Positions 1 through 14,372 of a DNA stretch of 64,000 nucleotides are shown in pieces. This stretch comes from Squalus acanthias (taxonomy: Eukaryota). Below the pieces are notes generated by a model, which did not search any database, had not been told where the DNA came from, and saw only the letters and a program-made list of their open reading frames with translations. Each line of letters starts with the position of its first letter. The first letter of the stretch is position 1. Location: the NCBI GenBank assembly GCA_030390025.1, contig CM059449.1, positions 32,736,001 to 32,800,000 on the forward strand, written 5' to 3'. Both the position numbers and the translations under genes were made by a program.

Positions 1-3000
1 TCCAGCTCTCCACTCTCCTCTCCCCTCCACTCTCCCGCTCCATCTCTCCACTCTCCCTCACCTCTCCACTGTCTCCCTCCTGCCTCCACTCTCTCCCCTC
101 CCTCCCCTCTCCACACTGTTCCTCCCCTACACTCTCCCCTCCCCCCACTCTCCCGCTCCAGCTCTCCACTCTGCTCTCCCCTCCACTCTCCCACTCCATC
201 TCTCCACTCTCCCACCCCCCTCCGCTCTTGCCCTCCCCCTGCTCTCTGCTCTCTCTCTCCCCTCCCCTCCACTCTGTCCCTCCCCTCCCCTCCACTCTCT
301 TTCCTCCCTCTCCCTCTTCCTTCCCTCCCAGATCCACACTCACCACTTCCCTCTCCCCTCCCTCCCGTCTCCTTTCTGTCCCTCCTTCACCCTCCAGTCT
401 CTCCCTCGCCCTCATTCTCCACCCCCTCACCTCGCCACCCTCTGCCACACTCCACTCTCTCCCATCACCTCACTCTCCCCTCACTCCCCACACCACTCTG
501 TCCACCCCCTACATTCCACACACTTCCCTACCGCTCTTTTTCCCCTCCCACCCCTCTCCACTCTCACCGACCCTCCAATCTCTTTCCTCACCCTCCCCTC
601 CCTCCCCTCGCCACTCTGTCCCTACCCTTCCCTCCACTCTCTTCCCTCCCCCTTCCTCCCCTCTCCATACTTTCCCTCCCCTACCCTCCTCTCTCTCCCT
701 CTTCCTCCCTTTCCCCTCCCACCCCTCTCAACACTCTCCCACCTTTACTCTCTTCCCTCCTGCTCCCGCTCCACCCCATGCCATCTACAATCTGTTCCAT
801 CCCTACTCACTACTCTCTTCCCTCCCCCTCCCTTTCCCCTGCCTCCCCTTTCCACTCTATCCCTCCCCTACTATTCGCTGTCTCCCTCCCCCTTCATCCC
901 CCTCCCTCCCCTCTCCAATCTATCCCTCCCCTCCCTTCCACTCTCTCTCTCGACTCCAAACTTTCAATACCCTCCACTCTCTCCCTCCTCTCCACGCTCT
1001 CCCTCCCCTCCACTCTCTCCCTCCCCTCCACTCTCTCATGACACCCCTGCTCTCCACTCTCCTAGTCCACATCTCCACTCTCTTCCACACCCTCCACACT
1101 CCCCTAACCTCCACTCTCCCATCCCCTATCTACCATCTCCCTCGCCTCTCCCCTCTCACCTCCACTCCACTCTCCAACACCACCTCTCCACTCTCTCCCT
1201 CCCCCTCCACTCTGCCCTCCGCTCCACTCTCCCACTCCACCTCTCCACTCTCCCCTCCCCACCAATCGCCCAATCCACCTCTCCACTCTCCCCTCCGCTC
1301 AACTCTCCCACTCCACATCTCCGCTCTTCCCTCCCCTCCAATCTCCCAATCCACCTCTCCACTCTCCATTCCATCTCCACTCTCTCCCTCCTCCATCCAC
1401 TCTCTCCCCTTCCCCCTCCACTCTCACCCTCCCCCCTCCACTCTATCTCACCCCCTGCACTCGCTTCCCCTCAACTGTCTCACTCCCTCTCCACTCTCTC
1501 CTCCCCTCCACTCTCCACTCCACCTCTCTACTCACCCCTTCTCCTCTCCTGTCTCTTCCTCACTTCACTCTCCTCTTCCCTTCCGCACTCCCCCCTGGAG
1601 TCTCTCCATCCCCTCCACTCTCGCACCCCTCCCCCTCCCCTCTTTACTCTCCCCCTCCTCCTCTCATCTCTCTCCCTCCCTTCACTCTCCTCTTCCCTTC
1701 TGCTCTCCCCTTGAGTCTCTCCCACACCTCCACTCACTCCCACCCCCCACTCTCTCCCTCCCCTCCACTCTAACCCTCCGCTCCACTTTTTCCCTCCCTC
1801 CACACCACTCCCTCCCTCCCCTCTGCTCTCTCCCTCCCGTCCACTCTCTCCCTCCCTCCACTCCACTCTCTCCCTCACTCCACTCCACTCTCTCCCTCCC
1901 TTACAATCTCTCACTCCCCCCACTCCACTCTCTCCCTCCCCCTCCACGCTCCCCTCCCCTCCACTCTCCCACTCCACCTCTCCACTCTCCCCGCCCCTCC
2001 AGTTTCCCATTCCACCTCTCCACTCTCCTCCCCCTCCACTCTCTACCTCCCCCTCCAATCTCCCACTCAACCTTTCCACTCTCCCCTCCTGCTCTCCTCT
2101 CTCTCCCTCCCTTCACTCTCACCTTCCCTTCCGCACTCCCCCCTTGAGTCTCTCCCTCCCCTCCACTCTCCCACATCTCCACTCTCCCCCATCCCTCTTC
2201 ACTCTCCTCCTCCTCCTCTCCTCTCTCTCCCTCTCTTCACTCTGCACTTCCCTTCGGCTCTTCCCCCTCGAGTCTCTCGCACACTTCCATGCTCTTCCTC
2301 CCCTCCACTCTATCTCTCCCCTCCACCCTCTCCCTCCCCTCCACTCTCTCCCTCCACTCCACTCTCTCCCTCCCCTCCACTCTCTCCCTCCCCTCCACTC
2401 TCTCCCTCCACTCCTCTCTCTCCTCCCCTCCACTCTCTCCCTCCCCTCCACTCTCTCCCTCCCCTCCATTCGCTTCTACACTCCATTCTCCCTTCCATCC
2501 CTCCACTCCCCAACTCCACCGTCTGCAATTTCTCCTGCCCCTTTCCATCCTCTCCCACCCTACACTCGCTCCCTCCCCCTCCCTCTCCGCTCCCTCCCCT
2601 CTCCACTCTGTTCCTCCCCTATCCTCCGCTCTCCTCCTCCCCCACCCCTCTGCTCTTTCACTCCCCTCCCTCTCCTATCCCTGCCCTCTCAACTCTACCC
2701 CACCCTCCACTTTCTCCCTCCCTCTCCCTCCCCTCCATTCTCTCCCGGCCCTTCACTCACTCCCTTCCCTCCAATCTCCTACTCCACCACTCCACACTCT
2801 CCCTTCCCCTACACTCTCTCTCCCCTCCATTATCTCCCTCCCCTCCACACTCTCCCTCCCCTCCACTCTCTCCCTCCCCCCCACTCTCTCCCTCCCTTCC
2901 ACTCTCCTACTCCACTCTCCACACTCTCCCTAACCCTCCCTCTCCCCTCCCTCCCCTCTCCACTCTCTCCCACCCTCCACTCTCTCCCTGTCCCTCACTT

Positions 3001-6000
3001 CCCTCCTTCCGCATTCCACTCTGTGCCTCCCCTCCTCTCCACTCTCTTCCCTACGCCTCCCTTTCCCCTCCCTCTCCTCTCCACTCTGTCCCTCCCATAC
3101 TCTCCACTCTCTCCCTCCCCCTCCCTTTCCCCTCCCTCCCCTCTCCACTCTCTCCCACCCTCTACTCTCTTCCCTTACCCTCCCTTCCCTCACCTATCCA
3201 CTCTGTCCTCCCCCTCCCTCCCCTCTCCACTCTGTTCCCCCCATATCCTACGCACTCTCCCTCCCTCTCCCTCCCCCACTCTCCCCTCTCCGCTCTATCG
3301 CTCCCCTACCCACGACTCGCTCACTCTTCCTACCCTTTCCCTCCCTCCCCTCTCCACTCTCTCCCACCCTCCACTCTCTTCCCTCCCGCTCCCTCTCCCC
3401 TCCCTCCACTCTCCACTCTGTCCCTCCCCTATCCTCCGCTCTCTCCCTCCCTCTCCCTCCCCGTCCCTCCCCTCTCCACTCACTCCCACTCTGTCCCCTC
3501 CCTTCCCTCTCCACTCTGTTCGTCCCCTGCAATCCCCCTTCTTCCCTCGACCTCCCTTTCCCCTCCCACACCTCTCCACTCTGTTCCTCCCCTACACTCA
3601 GCTCATTCCCTACCCCTCCGTCCGCTCTGTCCCACCCCTCCCTCTCCCCTCCCTGCCCTCTCCACTCTCTCCCACCCTCCACTCTCTCCCTCCCCCTCCA
3701 CTCTCTCACACCCCTCTCCACTCTCTCCTCCACTCCACTCTTCCACTCCACCTCTCCACTCTCTTCCTCTCCTCCAATCTCCCCTCCCTCCACTTTCCCA
3801 TTCCACCTTTCCAATCTCCCATCCACTCACTCCCTCCCCCATCCACTCTTTCCCTCCCCTCCACTCTCTCTCTCCCCCTCCACTCTCCCCTCCCCTCCTC
3901 TCTCCCACTCCAGCTCTACGCTCTCCTCTACCCTCCACTCTCCCACTTTACCTCTCCACTCTCCCTGCCCTCTCCACTGCCTCCCTCCTGCCTCCATTCT
4001 CTCCCCTCCCTACCCTCTGCACACTGTTCCTCACCTACATTCTGCTCTCTCCCTCCCCCTCCCCTCCATTTGGTCCCTCCCCTCCCATGCACTCTCTTTC
4101 CAGCCTCTCCCTCTTCCCTCCCTCCCCTATCCACTCTCACCCTCTCCCGCTCCCCTCCCTCCAGTCTCCTCTCTGTCCCTCCCCCACCCTCCAGTCTCTC
4201 CCTCGCCCTCCCTCTCCCCTCCCTCCCCTCTTCACTCTCTCCCACACTCCAATCTCTCCCTCCCCGTCACTCTCCCCTCCCTTCCCACACCACTCTGTCC
4301 TTCCCCTACCTTCCACTCTCTTCCCTCCCGCTCCCTTTCCCCTCCCGCCACTCTCCACTCTTCTCTCACCTACCCTCCACTCACTCCCTCCCCCTCCCTT
4401 CCCCTCGCTCCCCTCTCCACTCTCTCCAAACCTCCACTCTCTGCCCTCAGCCTCCCCTCCCTCCATTCACCACGCTGTCCCACCCCTGCCCTCCACTCTC
4501 CTCCCTCCTTTCCCACCTCCAGTCTGTTCCACCCCTACCCTCCGCTCTCTCTCTCCCTTTCCCCTCCCACCCCTCTCAACACTCTCACACCCTCCACTCT
4601 CTTCCCACCTCCTCCCGCTCCACCCCATGCCCTCTCCAATCTGTTCCTCCCCTACTCTTCACTCACTTCCCTCCTCCTCCATTTCCCCTCCCACCCCTTT
4701 CCACCCTGTCCCTACCCTACCCTCCACTGTCTCCCTCCCCCTCAAACCCTCTCCCTTCCCTCTCCAATCTGTCCCTGACCTTCCCCTCCACTCTCTCTCT
4801 CCACTCCACACTTTCCTGTCCCCTTCACTCTCTCCCTCCCCTCCACTCTCTCCCTCCCCTCCACTCTCTCCTGTCACCCCTCCCCTCCACTCTCCTACTC
4901 CACATCTCCACTCTCTGCCTCGCCCTCCACTCTCCCCTCCCCTCTACTGTCCCATCCCCTATCCTCTATCTCCCTCGCCTCTCCCCTCTCCCCTGCGCTC
5001 CACTCTCCAACTCCACCACTCCACGCCCTCTCTCCCCCTCCACTCTCCCCACCCCTCCACTCTCCCACTCCACCACTCCACTCTCCCCTCCCCTCCAATT
5101 TCCAAAACAACCTCTCCACTCTCCCCTCCCCTCCACACCCCCACTCCATCTCTCCTCTTTCCCCTCCCTGCCAATCTCCCAATCCACCTCTCCAATCTAT
5201 TACCCACCTCCACTCTCTCCCTCCTCCCTCCACTTTATCCCCTCCCCCTCAACTGTCTCCCTCCCCCTCCACTCTCCCCTCCCCTCCACTCTTCCACTCC
5301 ACCTCTCTACTCTGCCCTCCTCCTCTCCTGTCTCTCCCTCACGTCACTCTCCCCTTTCCTTCCGCACTCTCCCCTGGAGTCTCTCCATCCCCTCCACTTT
5401 GGCACCCCTCCCCCTCCCTCTTCACTCTCCCACTCCTCCTCTCCTCTGTCTCCCTCCCTTCACTCTCCTCTTCCCTTCTTCTCTCCCCCCTCGAGTCTCT
5501 CCCACACCTCCACTCTCTCCCACCCCTCAACTCTCTCCCTCCCCTCCACTCTAACCCTCTGCTCCACTCTTTCCCACCCTCCACTCCACTCTCTCCCTCC
5601 CCTCTGCTCTCTCCCTCCCCTCCACTCTCTCCCACCCATCCCACTCCCATCTCTCCCCTCTCCACTCTCTCCCACCCTCCACTCTTTCCCTCACACTCCC
5701 TAACCCCTCCCTCCACTCTCCAATCTCTGGCTCCGCTCCCCGCCACTCAATTCCCTCCTTCTCCCTCTCCCCTCCCTACTGTCTCCACTCTCTCCCCCCT
5801 CCAACCCCCACTCGCTCCCTCACCCTCCCTCTGCGCTCCCTCCCCTCTCCACTCTCTCCCACTCTCCACTCTCTCCCTCTCCCTCAGTCCGCTTCCTCCC
5901 CATTCCACTCTGTTCTTCCCATCCCTCCACTCTCTCCCTCCCCCTCCCTTTCCCCTACCTTCCCTCTCCACTCTCTCCTACCCTCTACTCTCTTCCCTTA

Positions 6001-6871
6001 TCCTCCCTTCCCTCCCCTATCCACTGTGTCCTTCCCCTCCATCCCCTCTCCACTCTGTTCCCCCCATATCCTCCGCCCTCTCCCTACCTCTCCCTACCCT
6101 ACACACCCATCTCCACTCTGTCCCTCTCCTACCCTCGACTCCCTCACTCTTCCTACCTTTTCGCTCCTTCCCCTCACCACTCTCTCCCACCATCCACTCT
6201 CTTCCCTCCCCCTCCCTCTCCCCTCCCTCCACTCTCCACTCTGTCCCTCCACTAACCTCCACTCACTTCCCAGCCCTCACTTTACCTCTCCCTCCCCTGT
6301 ACACACTGTTCCTCCCCTACCCTCCGCTCTCTCCCTCTCTCTCCCTCCCTATCCCTCCCCTCTCCACTCTCCCGCTCCCCCTCCTCTCCCTTCCCTCTCC
6401 ACTCTTTCCGTCCCCTGCACTCCACTCTGTTCCCGCCAGCTCCCTCTCCCCTTCCTCACCACTCCACTCTGTTCCTCCCCTACACTCAGCTCTCTCCCTC
6501 CCCCTCTGCTCCGCTCTGTCCCACCCCTCCCTCTCCCCTCCATGCCCTCTCCACTCTCTCCCTCTCCCTCTCCCTCCTTCTCCCCTCACCTTACCTCCAT
6601 TCTCACCCTCCCTTCTACATTCTCCCACTCCTCTCTCCCTCCACTCCACACTGTCCATCCCCTGCACTCTCTCCCTCCCCTCCACTCTCTTCTGTCACCC
6701 GTCCCCTCCACTCTCCTACTCCACCTCTCCACTCTCCCCTCCCCTCCACTCTCCCACTCCACCTCTCCACTCTCCCTCCACCATCCACTCTCTCACTCCC
6801 CCCTCCACTCTGTCCACTCCGTCACCTCTCCACACTGTTACTCCCCTGCACTACGCTCTCTCCCACCCCCT
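1..6871. repeat. Polypyrimidine (C/T-rich) low-complexity satellite-like block built on a CCCTCCACTCT-type motif
   Basis: The + strand is almost only C/T with a recurring ccctccactct(c) motif. The long P/L/S/H-rich ORFs are a by-product of stop-codon depletion. Internal kb-scale duplications are visible (ccaccccatgcc at ~771 and ~4620). Confidence 0.95.
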
Positions 6872-7885
6872 CAGAGCTTAAGGAGTCAAGGGACAAGTAG
6901 CAGAATGGATGGCAAGCTGGCTACAAAACAGAGCACAATTAATAGTTTTTAAAGGTAGTTAGTCAGATTGGTGGAAGGTGGGTAGTGGTGTTCCACTGGG
7001 ATCGGTGCTGAGACCAATGCTGTTCAATATTTACATAAACGATTTGTACAATTTTTTAACTTGCGGATAACACTAAATTGGGGTTATATTTATTACTGAG
7101 GAAGACCACGACACAATACAAGAAGATGTTCATAAACTTGTAGAATGGGTGTGTAAATGGCAACTGAATTTCGATATAGATAAGTGTGAGGTGGTGCATT
7201 TTGGTAGTAGGAATAAGGAGGCGAGATAATCTTTGGGAAATAAGAATCTAAATGGGTAGAGGAGCAAAGGGACATGGGGTAAAAATTCACAAATCATTAA
7301 AAGTAGCAATGCAAGTTAATAAGGCCATAAAAATGGAAACAAAGCACTGGGCTTAATTTCTAGAGGAGTAGAATTGGTAAAAAAGGGAATTTATGTTAAA
7401 CTTGTACAGAACCGTTGGTTAGACCTCACACAGAGTACTGCGTACACTTCTGGTCTCCATATCACAGAAATGACATAGAGGCACTGGAGAAGCTGCAAAA
7501 AAGATTGACAAGGATGATACCAGAACTGAGAGGTTATAACTATCAGGACAGACTGAACAGGCTGGGGCTCTGTTCTCTGGAAAAGAGAAGGCTGAGAGGT
7601 GACCTGATAGAGGACTGTTAGAATTAAGAAGGGGTTTGATGGGGTAGAGGTAGAGAAGATGTTTCCACTTGTGGAGGAATCCAAAACTAGGGCCCATAAA
7701 TATGAGATAGTCACTAGTAAATCCAGTAAAGAATTCAGGAGAAAACTTTTTACCCAAAGAGTGGTTAGAATGTGGAACTTGCTGCCACGTGGAGTTGATG
7801 AGGCGAATAACATTGAACACTTAAAGGGGAAGCGAAATAAGCACATGGACAGGAATGGAAGGATATGCTGATGGGGTGAGATGAA
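6872..7885 (+). mobile_element. Decayed CR1-type LINE, 3' part of ORF2 (RT and C-terminal region)
   Basis: Fragments translate to CR1-like VRPHTEYCVHFWSPY, LEKRRLRGDLIE and FTQRVVRMWNLLP, with many stops and frameshifts. Confidence 0.9.
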
Positions 7886-9014
7886 GTCGCTATTTCTTTT
7901 TTCTCAGCACCGCATTAATTCTGTGTCTGTGAACTTCTGGGCACAGTGTTCCACATTCTCACAATACTTTGTTTGAAAAAGTTGTTCCTGGATTCAACTG
8001 GAACTGGTTTTATTCAAATTCTAAACACATAAGAATCAGCGTGGAAATATAATTTTAGATGTTAGTTTATTTGGGTAAGCAAATGCAAAAAGTTCAACGT
8101 TCCTGACAAGGAAATATCACAGTGAGGTAAAGATTTCTTGGTGCAAAGTCCAACAGCCAGCACTGGTTAATCAGTGACATCATGTGAGTCCTCATCAACA
8201 AAATCAATACATTGACTGATAGCACGATACCATAAAAAGTTAAACTGATTCGTGACTGTTCAAAGTACTGTCTCCAGTTCGATTTTATTGTGTTGTTTTG
8301 TAGTTTTCCAGATGCCTCACTGCAGAATCTTATGCAGAAAATGGCCATAAATTGCAGTTATGAAATACAAATCTATGTATGCAGGAATAGTGAGTGTTAC
8401 AATTATTTTTTATCCCATGGTGCTCAGTTGATATCCAGTCCAAATTAATGGGATGAAAGTCTCTTTGCTGTTGACTGCAAGAGTCCCAATTTGTATGTAA
8501 ATTGTGTTCGCCCTGTTAAGGCGTTGTTAAAGACCAATTCTGCAAAACTGTACGGCCTGAGCACATTTCAGAATAAAAGCTGGCGAAACTGCGCTTCCTA
8601 TTCCTGCCCTGCTCAGGGACATAACTGTCCTCGTCCTCCAAGGGACACAATGCAGCGTTAGCCACGACGTCACGATGCTTGACCCTCAGATCCTTTGGCC
8701 TCACCTGGCCGTGTACAGAGAACATTATGATCGGAGATATATTCTGCAACAATGGTTTTCAACTGATATAGAAAAAAAACCTCCACTCATCCAAGGGTAC
8801 AATGAAGGGTTTGCTGGAGTATATGTAGGGTAAGGTCTTGGCTCAAAAACAAACTGGCAATTAAACAAGGCCGAGATAATCTGATGAAGATTGTAAGGTT
8901 AGCTGGTATTTCTTGCAGTGAACACCCATTTTTATACTGTAGATTTGTATTTTCTGTGAATATTGTGAAAGCTACGTCCAGAAATTTGCTATTCGGATAC
9001 ATACTGATTGAGTA

Positions 9015-10207
9015 TTTGGACTAATATGAGCTGATCAAAGAGAGCCAGCATGGATTTGTAAATGGTAAGTCATGTCTAATGAGGCTGGTTGAATTATGTG
9101 AGGAGGTAACTAACATAGTAGGTAAGGGATTGCCTATGGATGTTAATGATATGGACTTCCAGAAGGCATTCGACAAGGTTCCACAAAGTAGACTGGTAAC
9201 AAAAATGAAAGTGCACCGAATTGGAGGCAACCTATTGGGTTGGCTAGAGAATTGAATAGGAGGTAGAAGACAGAGACTTGAGATATTGGATCTGTACACA
9301 AATTGGTAGGATGTGACAAGTGGGGCCTCAGATTTTCATTATAATTATAAATGATTTGGACGAAGGAATAGAGAGTCATATATCCATGCTTGCTGATGAC
9401 ACCAAGTTATTTCACACAGGAAATTGTGAAGATGGGAGCAGAAAGCTGCAAAGGGACATTGATAGATTAAGTTTGTGGGAAAAACTGTGGCAGGTGGACA
9501 TCAAATTGAGGAAATGTGAGGCCATCCACTTTGGATCTAAATAAGAGAGATCAGAGATCGAGAAGCTGGGAATTGTGGATGAGCAGAGAGATTTAGTGAT
9601 CCAAGTACTGAAATGACTAAGTGCTAATGGACAGGTAGAATATATATTTTTAAAAGCTAATGTAATGTTGGCCTTTATCTCAACAGGGATGGAATACAAA
9701 GGGGGGAAGTTATGTTCCAGCTGTACAGAACTCTGGTTGGACTACATCTGGAGTATTGCGTTTACTTCTGGGCACCGCACCTCAGAAAGGATATCTTAGC
9801 CTTGGTGGGGATTCAATGCAGATTCTCCAGAATGATAACGAAGCAAAAAAGAATTACATTATGAGGAGAGGTTGCATAGACTCGGTTTGTGTTCCCTTGA
9901 CCATAAAAGATTAACGGGTGATCTAACTGAGGTGTTTAAGATGATTAAATGATTTGACAGGGTAGATAGAGAGAAACTATTTCACCTGGTGGGAGTATTG
10001 AACAAGGTGGCACAACATTAAAATTAGAGCTAGACCATTCAGGGGCGAAGTTCAGAAAGCACTTCTTCACATGAAGATTAGTGGCAATCTGGAACTGTCT
10101 CCACATAAATGCTGTTGAGGCTAGGGTTCAATTGAAAATGACAAAACTGAGATTGATAGATTTTTGCTAGGCAAGGTTATTAACGGTTACGGAACTAAGG
10201 CGGGTAC
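9015..10207 (+). mobile_element. Decayed CR1-type LINE fragment (RT to 3' end)
   Basis: SQHGFVNGKSCL, MDFQKAFDKVPQ and LADDTKL motifs are present in a disrupted frame. Confidence 0.9.
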
Positions 10208-13200
10208 ATCACTGAGAGGGTGCAGAACATTTTGAGCGGGGAAGGGGAACAGCCAGATGTAATGGTCCATGTGGGAACCAATGGCGCAGGAAGGAAAAGG
10301 GCTGAGGTCCTGCAGTCAGAGTTTCAGAGCTCAGAAGAAAATGAAAGAGCCGGACCTGAAAGGTAGTTATCTCTGGATTCCTCCAGTGCCACAGTGCTAG
10401 TGAGTATAATAATAGTAGGATAAGACAGGTTAACGCATGGCTTGAGAAATGATGCTGGATGGAGGACTTCAGATTCCAGAGGCAGTGGAACCAGTTCTGA
10501 GGCAGGGGGAGCCTATTAAAGGTGGACGGGTTACACCTCGGCAGTGCTGGGATCAATGTCTTTGTGGGAAGGATAACTAGTTCTGTGGAACAGGGTTTAA
10601 ACTAAGTTGGCAGGAGGATGGGCACGTGGGTGAAACATTAGAGAGGAGAGAAAAGGTGCACAGAGGACTTGGAGAGACTGATAGCACTAGAGTAAAGGAT
10701 AGTTCAGAAATAGGGGTCATAAGACAGGGCAAATATAAGGCAGTCTAAGATGGATTTGGAGTGGCCTACTCCTGCTCCTATCTTCTATGTTTCTACGTGC
10801 ATAAATGGACGTAGCTTGGTAAATAAAGTTGGTGAACTGCAGGCACAAGTCACCACATGGGATTCAGGAAAGATAGGGAAGGAAAAAAAGGAGGGGTGGC
10901 AGTATTGATCAAATAAACTACTGTAGCACTGGAGAGGGATGGTGAACTTGAGGGGTCAAAGACAGAATCTATTGGGTTAGCGTTAAAGAAGATGACCTAT
11001 TACGCTATTGGGTGTATACTACAGGCCACCAAATAGTGGTAAGGAGATTGAAGAGCAGATCTTCAGGCAAATTACAGAAAAATTAAAGAACTATAGAGTC
11101 GTGATAATGGGGGATATCAATTTTCCTAATATAGACTGGGATAATAAAAGAGTAAACGGCAATAAGGTGTTGGGAATTTCTGATATCTGTACAAACGACC
11201 TTTCTTAATCAGTGTGTTTCAAGCCCAACGAGGTAGAGAGCTGGATCTAGTTCTGAGCAACTGGAGAATGTTTCACTGGGGGAGTACTTGGGGAACAGTG
11301 GTCATGATATAATTAACTTTAGAATAGTTATGGCAATGGAAATGGAACAATCAAGCATATAAATACTTAACTGCAGGAGGGGTAACTTCAGTAAGTTGAA
11401 AAGGAATCTTGTCCAGTGGATTGAATCAAACATTTGCAGGCAAAACCGTAATTAAACATTGGGAGGCCTTCAAAGAGCGGTAAAGATTAGACACATTCCA
11501 TCAAGGAGGGAAAGGAAGGGCATCCAAAGCTCCATCCCCCTGGATGACTAAAGACATAAAGATTAAAAAGAGACTGCAAAAAGGGCCTATGACAAATGTC
11601 AGGTTCATAATACAGTAGGGAACCAAGCTGAATACAGATAGAAAAGATGAGATCTAAATAAGGAATAAGAAGGGCCAAGGGAGAGCATGAGAATAGATTA
11701 GCAGCTAACATAAGAGGGAACCCAAAAGTATTTTCAAAAAATATAAAGAATAAAAGTGTAGTCAAAGGAAGGAACAAAAAAGGACATATTCTTCTGGAGG
11801 CAGGGACATAATTGAGATAATAAATGAATACTTTGCATCTGTCTTCACTCGAAAAGTGGATGCTGCCAACGTATTAGTGAAGGAGGAGGCAGTAGTGATA
11901 GTGGAAAACATAAAAAATAGATAAAGAAGAGGTAATTAAAAGATTGCAGTGCTTAAAGTAGAAAAGTCACCTGTTCCAGATGGGATGCATCCATTGTTAC
12001 TGAGGGAAGAAAGGGTGGAAATTGCGGAGGGCCTGGCCACAAACTTTAGATATGGGGGTGGTGCCAGAGTAATGGAGGATTGCAAATGTTACGCCCCTGT
12101 TTAAAAAGGGGGAGAAGGATAAACCTAGCAACTGAAGGCCAGTCAGCCAAACGGTGATGGGAAACTTTTAGAGACAATAATCCGGGACACCATTAAATAG
12201 GATTTGGAAAAGTATGGACCAATAAATGAAAGGCAGCACGGATTTGTTAAAGGCAAATCGTGTTTGACTAACTTGATCGAGTTCTTTGAGCAAGTATCGG
12301 AGAGGGTTGACGAGGGTTGATGTTGTGTATATGGACTTTCTAAAGGAGTTTGACAAAGTAGCTCATAATACACGTGTTAACAAAATTAAATTCCATAGGA
12401 TTATAGGGACAGTGGCAGCATGGATACAAAATAGTCTAAGGGATAGTAAGCAGAATGTAGTGGTGAATGGTGGCTTTTCAGAATGGAGGGAAGTATACAG
12501 TGGTGTCCCCCAGGGGAAGGTATTAGGACCACTGCTTTTTTGGATTTTTATTAATGACCAAGAATTGGGTATACAGGGCAGAATTTTAAAGTTTGCAGAT
12601 GATACGAAACTCGGAAATGTAGTGAACAATGAGGAGGATAGTAACAGACTTCTGGAAGACATAGACAGACTGGTGAAATGGGCAGATACATGGCAGATTA
12701 AATTTGAAGCACAGAAGTAATACATTTTGGTAGGAAGAATGAGGAGAGGCAATAAAACTAAATGCTGCAATTTAAAGGGGCTGCAGGAACAGAGAACATG
12801 AGATGTATTTACACACACCTTTGAAGGTGGCAGGACAAGTGGAGAATGCTGTTAAAACAGATGGGATCATTGGCTTTATTAATCGAGGATAGAGTAGAAA
12901 AGCAACGAGTGTTATGCGCAGCATTTATAGAACAATGATTGGGCCTCAGCTGAAATATTGTGTTCAATTCTGGGCACCAATTTTAGGAAATTATGTCAGG
13001 GCCTTGGAGAGGGTCCAGAAGAGATTTACTAGAATGGTACCAGGGGTGAGGGACTTTAATTATGTGGTGAGTCTGGAGAAGATGCCGTTTTTCTCCTCAG
13101 AACAGAAAAGGTTAAGAGGAGTTTTGATAGAGGTGTTCAAAATCATGTACGATTTTGATAGAATAAATCCGGAGAAACTTTTTCCAGTGGCAGAAGGGTC

Positions 13201-13495
13201 GGTAACCAGAGGACACAGATTTACCCTAATTGGCAAAAGAACCAGAGTCGACATGAGGAAACACTATTTACGCAGCGAGTTGTTGTTATCTGGAATTCAC
13301 TGAATGAAAGTGTGGTGGAAGCAAATTTAACAGGAACTTTGAAAATTGAATTGGACAAATACTTAGAGGGAAATCAGAAATATAGATCTATGGGGAAAGA
13401 GTAGGTGAGTGGGAATCATTGGCTCGTTCTACCAAAGAGCAAACACCGGCACAATGGGCCGAATGGCCCCCGTCTGTGCTGTATCATTCCATGAT
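10208..13495 (+). mobile_element. Decayed 5'-truncated CR1-type LINE (end of ORF1 esterase, APE endonuclease, RT, 3' UTR)
   Basis: Motifs VHVGTN-like (ORF1), GVYYRPPNS and MGDINFP (endonuclease), GVPQGKVLGP and FADDTKL (RT). It has a CR1-like 3' end (gggccgaatggcc...tgctgtatcattccatgatt). Confidence 0.92.
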
Positions 13496-14372
13496 TGGAT
13501 GGAGTTACAATACAGATCAGCCATGATCTACTTGAATGGTGGAAAAAGGCTCGAGGGGCTGAATGGCCTCCTCTTGTTCATAGATTAATATTGGGGATGT
13601 TGGAGGTGAAATGATTAACATGTTGGTATAACATTCCTTTGCCTGTGATTTTAATGGTGCAGCCTGTTTAAAACAAGTGGGTTATCAATTGTGTTACAGC
13701 AGGGGACAATAACATGTCACACTAATTTTGTCAACAGTAATTTTAGGGAGAAAATGTACAGCGGTCCAGCGAGTGATAAGAAACAATGAAAAAGAATATT
13801 TGTAGCTTGGTCTGAAATTCCTCTTTTCACTATTTTAGCAGAGCCTCAATCTGTTCACAGCAGATAGATTTACACCGACACTGAAAGGGAGCAAGGTTGA
13901 ATTTTCAGATTGTGTAGCTTGTAAACGTTCTATCACACAGTCTGTGATTGGCCTTTCATTGACCTTAACCGGGCTAGGCTGTATTTGCCAGTGAGGTTTG
14001 CACCTGTTCTGATAAGGTGCAAACACAGGATTGGAGATTGCTGCTGCTTTTAACAGTTCTATAATCACTACCGATCAGGTTCAGTGGGAAATATTCGCGC
14101 CGGTGTTTTCAATTTGTGTCCCAGTTTTCCTCCAGTTTCAAGTCGTTTCCATTGACCAGTGTGTTCTTTTCTAATCCAATTCTGCCCGCAGTTCCTAATG
14201 CTGGTAATAGAGCCATAGATTCCCTCCCCAGTGACGGGAGGTGATTTATTTCTTCTTGGATAAAATGAGTTTCACTGAACGAGATAAACAGAATAATGTG
14301 GGCGGGGTTCGGACATCTACAAAACCTTCCCGTCTTGCTGTGCAGGGTTTTAACTGAGCGACTCGCTGAAAC

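Noticed and set aside
228-6952. Very long ORFs (639, 1136, 538, 308 aa) rich in P/L/S/H, and G/R/E-rich antisense ORFs
   Set aside because: They arise from stop-codon depletion in C/T-only sequence. They overlap in several frames, mostly lack ATG starts and show no domain signal.
14080-14285. Possible ISRE/kappaB/SXY module upstream of the MHC gene (gggaaatattc, agtttcaag, gagtttcactg)
   Set aside because: Only partial matches to the consensus motifs and no convincing spacing, so it cannot be supported by eye.
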